From the human T2T-CHM13v2.0 reference genome, Homo sapiens, in assembly GCF_009914755.1 (NCBI RefSeq), contig NC_060937.1: a DNA stretch of 64,000 nucleotides; one strand, 5' to 3'. This document shows, one piece after another, positions 54,960 to 64,000 of this stretch. The notes below the pieces were generated by a model that saw only the letters and a program-made list of their open reading frames with translations, searched no databases and was not told the DNA's origin. Both the position numbers and the translations under genes were made by a program. Every line of letters begins with the position of its first letter. Position 1 is the first letter of the stretch.

Positions 54960-55620
54960 TAAGATCACTTTACTAGTGTTGGCTTAATTTCAACCACATT
55001 CATTCCTATTTCAAGGCCTTTTGATACGTGGTTCTGCTTTTGTGAACAGTCTCGTTTCTGTATTAACCTGGCTAAATTTTCCTCTTCCTACAAATCTCAA
55101 CTCCAGCATCACTTACTCAGGGACACCATCCACCACCAAACTAGCCAGGTAAAGTTCCCTGGCCATATGTACCCAACACTTCTCTTTTTCACACTTTGTT
55201 CTTTTAAATTCCTTGGAATACATAAACATCTTGTTAACCTTTTCCCATATTTTCTGATTGATACATCCATGAAAGTCATAATTGTCTGAGGTGTCCTTGC
55301 TACCCCCTTTAGGGTCAGAGTAGGAACTGTATATTGTAATAGTTCATTTTGCCTTGAAAAAGATTTTCAAATAATAGCAGAAAACTATACTCAGGTAAGG
55401 AAAACCATCTACTAAAATTGCATGTTTTTCTAATATCCACTTTAGTCACTTCAGTATAGGTTATTAATTCTCATTACATTTATAATATTTTTTCAACATT
55501 TGTTTTTTTAATATAAATTACATGTTCTGTGAAGACAGCAATTTCATCTATCTTACTTATCAAACTTTCTTAGATATAATACAGTGCCTAAAATACAGTC
55601 AGTGCTTGAAAAAAATCATT
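54960..55620 (+). mobile_element. L2 3' fragments
   Basis: ttcaaggcctttt..cctggctaaattttcctcttcctacaaatctcaactccagcatcacttactcaggg; aacagtgcctaaaatacagtcagtgcttg. Confidence 0.55.
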
Positions 55621-56449
55621 AAAAATTTAATCTTTTCCAACCTCTTCCTTTAGGCTTTTGCTAATAGCCTAAAGATTTTAATTCACTAAAAGTTTGTGGT
55701 TCCGTGTGTCAGAGATAGATTTTCATAATTTGTTTTCTTTAAATTATCAAGTTAAAAACACAAATCGTAAGCATCTTTCAAAAATTTCTGTTGAAAAATG
55801 ACAAAATAAATTGGCAAGCCAAAGTGATACAGATTTAGATAGTTATATGCCAACATCTGAGACCACATGTTAAGATTTTACCATAAAATGGGCTACAGGC
55901 AAGAATTGGTTTCATTAGTATGGTTCAGAAAATAAATGTACTTGTGAACCATTCTGGCAATTTAAAAAAATATATGTTCTGAATCATAATCATAATCCTG
56001 TTCACTATTAAGTATTAAGGACAGCCAAGAACCCTAACTTATGTATCAGAGATGAGTAACATAAAATATATATTCACATAGGATTAATATTTACTTACAG
56101 ATTTCTAGAGTAGTAAATGGTTTGCCAGATAATCAACTAAACTACAACTATAGGAAAACATTTTATATTACCATAGGATATCACTCCTTTTTTAAAAAAA
56201 TGTCGATAACATTGAATGCAGTTACTTTTATTGGAGAATATTATTTTTTAAAGGGAGTTAAAAATTAATAGTTTGGCCCATTGCTGCTGTGCCTTTTCAA
56301 TAAAAAGCACTGAGAAACTGGCTTTAGGTCCTTTTTGGTATTAGAACATAGAAATCCCAAGTTGTTCAATTTCTAGTCCAATTTCCAAAAAAAAGTTACA
56401 ACTGTAAATGAGAATTTGAACTTTTAAAAATGTTATGGCAGAGGACCAC

Positions 56450-56486
56450 ATTATTATTAATTATTATTATTATTATTATTATTATT
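56450..56486. repeat. (ATT)n microsatellite
   Basis: About 12 units with one interruption. Confidence 0.9.
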
Positions 56487-57474
56487 TTGGATTAAAGGTC
56501 AAAATACCTTTTACTGAGCTTTTAGATTTACAGAAACAATTTTGCCAAACCACTATTCATTTATGAAAATAATATTTAATGTTATTTATTCAAGCTATGC
56601 GGTTATATTGTTTGCAATTTTAGTTAATATGTAAGCTTTCTTACTAACTCTTTGAAAAATACAGTTTTTAGTCAAAGTAGGTTTGGCTTCAAATTGGTCC
56701 CTGGACGTCTTTTTTTTTTTCTCATCAATATATCAGTAACTATCATTCTTTTCTAGGTTGTTCTTACTACAGATTCCTATATCAGAGTAGTATTTGTATT
56801 TGCTGTAGCTCATTTTAACCTGTGAAAATCCTTCTATTAAGAGCAGAAAGCTTAAATCAGTTTAAGGAGATCATTTATTAACATCACATATTGTCATATA
56901 TTAAGGAGATAGTTTGGTTCTGAAATAAGACATACAAAACCTGATAATTAGAAGAAAAGTGAAAAAGAAGATGATTCCAACAAATAGATGGATTTTTAGA
57001 TATAGATCTAATCCAAAGCCTTTTAGAGGTAGAAATGGGTCAAAGCTGAGTCTTCTTTAGTTGTGTTTCCCTAAATTTTGGTAGCAGTTCTCTTATAAAA
57101 ATTATTTGTATGACAGACACGTGTCTTTCCCCTAGGGAAGACATGACGTTGCTATTTAACTTTCCAGTAGACAGTAGTGAACCTTTACTCTTACTAATAT
57201 TCGCTCATTATATCCAACAGTGAGAGCTAAGATTAGTGATTCTTATTGGCAAAATGGAGATCTGTTTTGCATTTACAACATAAAAAACTCAAATAATCAG
57301 TCTGTTTGTTTTCCATGCTCTGGCTTTAGCCACTCCGAATTTTCTCTTTACTTCTGAGTTATTAAAGTCTTGCAAGCTCTTATAGGTTTCTTTTTCTAAC
57401 TTCCGTTTTTCCTGAGATTCACTTCACTTCCACTTTGCATTCTGAATCGGAGCACCATTAAAACATGCGCTGTG

Positions 57475-57810
<336 letters not shown>

Positions 57811-58675
57811 TCACTGCTCTTGTTAGTGGGTCTCTCTCATCCTCCCTACGCCAATCTCTTAGAATCATCATGAAGAATCATTCTAAAAAGATTTCCTGTG
57901 ATAGATACTCCACAGATAATAGCAACAACAACAAAAATCTGATTCTGAGGATGTAAAATATAAAACAGGCATTCTAGACCACTAAACTTTCATTTTGTCA
58001 TCAAATATTTTGCTACATAAAATCTGACACATAATTCAAATTAGATACTAGTCACAGAAATTTCACAAAAGCTAGAAGTTAGAAAAAAAAATGTGATGAC
58101 TATGCAAAGAAAAAGCTGAAAATAAAATATTTTTAGTTATTTTCCTGAGGAAATGTTATTCATTATTTAATCTGATAAGTTTTAGAATGCTTTGAAACAA
58201 AGACGATATTAAATGAACAATAATCTATTTTAATATATGAAAGAGGGGGACAATTTTGAGCTTTCATTTGGCTTTTTTTCTGTCCATTCTACAATTAAGG
58301 GCCCCAATTTTTTTCATGGCTCTTTTAAAATTAAGCACCCCCTCCAAACAACAGTGTGGTGCGTTCTCAACTGCTTGGTTCTGGGTTGCGCAGATGTGTG
58401 CTTATTCCTAGCAGCAGTAAGATGTGACCGTCTTCCTAGAAAGTTGCCTGACACCTTTGTAACAGAGAACAAGGATTCGACTACTGACCAAGTCTCTTTC
58501 ATTCTCTCCATGTCCCTCTTTCTCTTGCTTATCATCACATTTATCCATCTAACTGCCATCTCCATTCTAATCATATATACATTCATATGTATGAGAATAT
58601 ACTTATCTTTCACTCATTGGATATTCTATTTTAGATACATACATACAATATTGTTATATATTGCAATGTATACAT

Positions 58676-59015
58676 TGCTCTGGTCTGAATGTTTTGTGTC
58701 CCTCCAAAACTCATGTGTTGCAATCCTAATCTCCAAGGTGATGACATAAAGAGGTGGGGCCTTTGGGAGGTGATCAGATCATAAAGGAAGTTCAGCCATG
58801 AAGGGAATTAGTGCCCTTATAAAAGAAGTCCAAGGGAAAGACTGTTTGCCCCTTCCACCAAGTGAAAAAACAGTTAGCAGACACTGTCTGTGAGTAGCAT
58901 GCCTTCATTGAATCTACTCTCACCATAATTGTGCATTTCCCAGACTCTAGAATGTGAGAAATAAATGTTTGTTGTTTATAAGCCACCCAGTTTATGATAT
59001 CTTAGAAATAGTTCA
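58676..59015 (+). mobile_element. MLT1A-like MaLR LTR
   Basis: tgctctggtctgaatgttttgtgtccctccaaaactcatg..gaggtggggcctttgggaggtga..gtgagaaataaatgtttgttgtttataagccacccagt. Confidence 0.88.
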
Positions 59016-60329
59016 AGACGTATTTTGCATGCAATTATAGTTTTCTTCTACAAGAAACTATTCAAAATGAAATTCAAAGTTATCTGTCTCAAGAAAAATC
59101 AATCAATAAATTTAAACCTTTACATTAAGGAGAAAATATGTTCTCTTAGATCTAGTGACATATTGTAATAAAATATACTAGAGACTCTAGGAGTTTTATT
59201 TTTAAGGTAACATAAAATATTTTTCTGTAGAGCTGAACTAGCTATCTTCTTTGCTTAATTTTTAAAGAAAGCTAAATCGTAACCCAGAGTCAACAAATCC
59301 ATGTGTAATAAATACCCACTGTGGGCTCAGCACTTTGTTAAGCATTATTTCTACTTCTGGACAGCTTCGAAGTTGCTTGGAAAGGAATGCTTACATATAT
59401 AAAATAAAGGAAGCAGAGTAAAATGGGACCAAACCAAATCTGATTCTTGTTTTGATTTATAACATCAACTGTATTATCAATTAGCCACGTGATTCACTGC
59501 AAGATAATTCATATCCCTGAGACTAACTTTCCCCAATTACAACACTGGGAATATCAGTTATTATTAAATGTATTTTAACACAGAAATTCTAATTCTGGAG
59601 AAAGAACAGTACAACAGAGAGTCTAATCAACAGCTGGGTCAAGTGGGCACAGCTTATGAGGCCTATTAAAATTTTGAAAAGAAAGTTTGACATAAATTGC
59701 TATGATGAATTCAATAGCAGACATGAAAATGGAAAGAGAATAATTTAGTTCAAAGTTCTAATATCTCCTAAAGCACAGATATTGAATTTAATAGGCACAC
59801 ATTTTATTACAGAATTAGTTCTCAGCCAGAGTCAACTAAAAAGTTTTCTTAAACCTCTTGAGTCTAATAAGAAATAAAGAAAAAACAGACTGAAACTGAC
59901 ACAGACTTCTAATTTAACTTCTACTAGTGACATGTTTAAATAATTCCATACAATAAAATGATCTAACAAGAGATGTTTACTTTTGCATTGATATTCATAA
60001 GCTTTTAAAATTGTGATGGCCATATATCAACTTCTTATTCAATAGCTAGATCTCTTGATACTAAAAAATCAAAATATGGAAAACATTTTAATAATTATTT
60101 CTATTAATTGAGGGAAATATATATAGCTCACTACATTTTTAAGTAAGTTTTGGCAAAGTATATTTTTTTTAATTGGCAACACTTCCATTTTGATCATCAG
60201 TTCTTTTGACATTTCTTCCTATTATGGTTTCTCTGAATTTAGTTTTCAGGTCAAATACCCCTGAATGTCTTCTAATTAGCCATTAGCCATCTTACATGCA
60301 ATGCCCAAATTAACCGAAATATTACTTCC

Positions 60330-60900
60330 CACTATTTTATTATTCTAAATTTAAAATTATGTTTAGCTTATACATTATTTATTCCTATCCTGGATTTATA
60401 ATGGTGCTTTAGTCAACCCAAAAGAGTATGTCTTTATCCAATATAATAGAAGCTACATTTCCATTAACCTGCTTCTGCTGAATTGAATATTTTAACTTAG
60501 AAATGCCATTTTACATTTATTATCGTTGAATGTTACTGTTTTTATTTCAGACATTGATTCCAGCCTATTGGTAATATTTTCAATTAACAAGTATTATTTT
60601 ATCTCTCATACTTACTCTGTTCCATTTACATCTTCTTCAAATTTAATATGTGTATTTTTCTTTAATCATTAATTTCAAACAATATGATTCCTAACAGTGA
60701 AAGGCTAAGGAAGAAGTTAAGATTGACCCAGACAATCAAAATTATTTTTTACCTGTCAATACACATTGCAGTCTTACCATCTAATTCACATTTCAAAATG
60801 GCAGTTATTTTATGAAATATTTTGTAGAAAGCAAACAATTATTTCTGTGGCATTACTGTGATCTTAAAACTTAGTAACTCAAGAAAAAAAAAAAGAAATG
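60330..60900 (-). mobile_element. L3/CR1 fragment
   Basis: ttttacatttattatcgttgaatgttactgtttttatttcagacattgattccagcctatt..caaatttaata, collinear with the antisense L3 RT region. Confidence 0.5.
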
Positions 60901-62720
60901 GGGGGAAGAAAAATAAAGAAACTGCTAAAATTTGGTAGGGTAAATTATTTTGGCTCTAAAATGTCACTCTAACTGCCTATGCACATGTTTATCCTAAATA
61001 GCATTTTAAAATTATTGTTAAAATTACTTATTTTTAGGATCTAGAATCGATCTTTCCCAGCTTTTGTAATATAAAAGAAAGCATCCTCCTACTAGAAGTT
61101 GGCATTCTTCTGACCCTCTCATTGGTGGAAAATAGCCTCCATGTTCATTTGGGGCTGTATTTCATCTGGACCTCAACATTATACTTCTTTTAAATGCCTA
61201 GAAAAGCTTGGATTTTATTAGTCATTCCATCGTTACTCCCATCAACACCTTCACTTGTTACCTCCCTCTCCCAACTTTAGCTGACATCTTATTTCATATA
61301 GAAAGTGTGTGTTTTTTTTTAATCTGAACTTCATTTAAAAGTTATTGACTTATCCTTTGCCTGTTTCACCTAAAATATTTCAATTTCTCTATGAAATCTA
61401 TATTTTTATTTATTGTATCCATATTTCTTACATTATACTGAACATTTTAAAAAGTTCCTTTAAAATTTTTTTTAGCCAATTTCAAAAATTCTGTCAATTA
61501 TAAGTCTATATTGTCCATTATAGGTCCAATATAAGTCTATATTGTCCATTTTTTTCTTGATTTTGTTTCTGTAGTTCTTCCTTCTGTATGCCTAATAATA
61601 TTTTTGTGATATTCAAGAAAGATGTGCTAATCAGCAATTGTGCTGAGTCAGGGCTGGATTGAAAACCTGGAAATATCAGGTCAATCTCCATTTCATTCCT
61701 GTAATTCTAATTTTTATCTCTTCATAAAGCTGTGAAAAAATTCCAGTTCTCATTACCTCAACAACTTTTTACTGGCTTCAAACATGTCATTTCTAGCTTT
61801 CATCCAACTCTTTGTAAAAATGTGATTTTTGGTATGTCATAAGCTAAGCTACCCTATCCAATTTAATAGCTGAAATTTCTGACCTAATTCTTTTTTTATG
61901 TTATTCACATGTACTCTCATCTGTCTCTTTTTTTCTCTGTAGATATCTATTAAACCATCTATATACATACAGTAAAGTGCTCAATGGAGCATGTACTTTT
62001 GAGATACCTCTATTAATCACAGAAAGATAATATTGATTTTTCATATTAGTAATGTTTGCTACTCATTTGAAATTCAGAAACAAATGAATCATGGTAATAG
62101 AGAAATGTTTTTGAAGGAATATCTATGATTAACTTCCATAAATTTAGCTTGCTTTAGTCACACTAAAACTGTGCGATTTCTTCTACATATTTTCACATAT
62201 TCAGTTTTTTTGAATCTTATATTATTTTTATTTTTCTCATATCTATGGAATTATTTTTTAACTATAAACTATTAGACCCTCCTAATAAAATAGAAAATAA
62301 ATAATTTTCCTATACTATTTTATTTTCTACTTTTTAAAAAAGATAGTCAAGATTCAACTTCCAGAATAGAGAATTTATTCTCACAAAAGAAAAGAATATA
62401 TTACCACCTATCCTGCAGATTTTTTCAATAGTTTACTTGGTCTAATTTCCCAAGTTTCTAAGAGAAGAAGTAGTTCTTTTAAACTTTCCCTGGTAACTGG
62501 AAAATAACTCTTTCTGTCTAGCATAGAGATCTGGGCATCTAACTGCTACTATATTCATTAATATTAGTACTTGGAAAGTAGTTTATACCATTTCCAATAA
62601 CAACATCCACAAAAACTTACTGTATTCTTGTCAAGATCTTTTAACAAGATTTTACTAAATAAGCAAAAACTAAACATGGAATATTCTAATATTCTAATTC
62701 TTTCTAACTTTATTGTTTCA

Positions 62721-62765
62721 TACACACACACACACACACACACACAGACACACACTCACACTCAC
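62721..62765. repeat. (CA)n microsatellite
   Basis: CA run with a degenerate end. Confidence 0.95.
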
Positions 62766-63907
62766 AGAGGTGTCCTCCTCTTGTTCCAAAATCCACAATT
62801 CATGACTTCTCCTTTATTATTTAAATTCCTACTTAAGCTCCAACCATAATATCTATAATCCACTTAGCTAGAAAAAAAACCATATTTTTTAAAGTGGAAA
62901 GAAATAGTCACCTTAGTTACATTTCCAGTAGCTAGAACACATATCTTTTTTCTTATATTCTAGAATTTAATTATCAGTTGCTGGAAAATATATGTTAGTT
63001 TAGAGAATCAAGCATCCAGCTAGAAATCAGTGATATTATTTCAAAGAAAGGAAGAACACATAATAGAGTGGGCAACAGGGAGTCTCTGCCATGATTATCC
63101 ATTTCGAAGAGGATCTCATAATCTTCCTGAATTATTCATTTCAATGTTAATTTTAGTTCTACTGTCCCTGACTATCCTTAGGCCTGATATAATGGCTTTT
63201 ATAATAGCATTACATTTTACAACTTCTTAAACAAAGTGTATTGATGGTTTTAGTGGTCAAATGCCATGTCCTTTATTTTATGAGTGTATTATTTAGTAAA
63301 TGGCTACATTAGTTCACTTTATTAAGCACAATCCTGCTATCCAAAACCAGCCTAGACTCAACTTTATATGATATAATTGGATTCAAGGGAATCACCATTT
63401 GCCACATTAACTAATTTTCATGCCATTAAGAAACTGTACTATGAATCAAAATATCAGTTTGTCAAATGCAATCAGAAGATGAGTAAGTTTGGTGTCCAAT
63501 CGTTATAGCAGATTGTCAGTTTTAACCATAATGGAAATCTTAGCAAGTCATCCTAGAGTATTTAGTGAAAGACCCTCTAGCATTATTTCAGACATTGCCA
63601 CCTACTAAAGTGTGTTTTAGTGAAATGACTCTCCTCAGGATATCACTTATATGAATAGCAAGGAACCTATTTAAAAGGAATGCTTGAAAGGAAATATTTA
63701 CAATTTTATATCATTTGGTAAAATATTTCTTAATTTTAGGAAAATTATACAGTTAGCTTGGTGAAATAATTGTGTGCATTACGTGACTGTATTTATTTCA
63801 TCCATTATTAGATGCATCAGAATGCTAAGCAGGAAATAATGTCTATTTTATTCTTGACAGGATACTTTGAAATACGTATTGTAAATTGAGCCTGTAATTG
63901 GGGAGAT

Positions 63908-63967
63908 ACATATATATATATATATATATTATACATAGATGTATGCGTGCGTGCGTGTGTGTGTGTG
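63908..63967. repeat. (TA)n plus (TGCG)/(TG)n simple repeats
   Basis: Directly visible in the sequence. Confidence 0.9.
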
Positions 63968-64000
63968 TTTTCTCACCAAAATGGCCCTTGCAATGTTTAG

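Noticed and set aside
58237-58749. Longest ORF (170 aa, hydrophobic)
   Set aside because: The hydrophobicity comes from T-rich low-complexity DNA, the 3' end runs into an MLT1A LTR, and no domain is recognisable.
59630-60090. Possible hAT transposase remnant
   Set aside because: It looks repeat-like, but no hAT motif appeared in the frames I translated. A Dfam search is needed.

Overview
This window looks like AT-rich, gene-poor human genomic DNA (intergenic or deep intronic). A near-consensus AluYa5 with a perfect TSD points to Homo sapiens. I found no credible protein-coding gene, tRNA, rRNA or CRISPR array. Most of the longer ORFs in the track come from L1, Alu, LTR or simple repeats, and the rest are short with no recognisable domain. 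Much of the window is transposon-derived: two primate L1s, eight Alus or Alu fragments, several MaLR/ERV1 solo LTRs, DNA-transposon MITEs and old L2/MIR/CR1 remnants. All family assignments are from recalled consensus sequences, not a database search. The most noteworthy observations are: (1) an L1PA with both a twin-priming 5' inversion and an apparent 3' transduction; (2) a candidate minus-strand spliced non-coding transcript, with well-formed exon candidates near 0.7-2.4 kb and a triple-CCAAT promoter-like element at about 25.1-25.2 kb; (3) a 12-copy 32-bp minisatellite with a perfect 22-bp palindrome at each unit junction; (4) a 4x46-bp array inside an MST LTR; (5) deep transposon nests; (6) an internal Alu fragment that may have been copied from a neighbouring Alu. 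I see no evidence of a novel multi-gene system.
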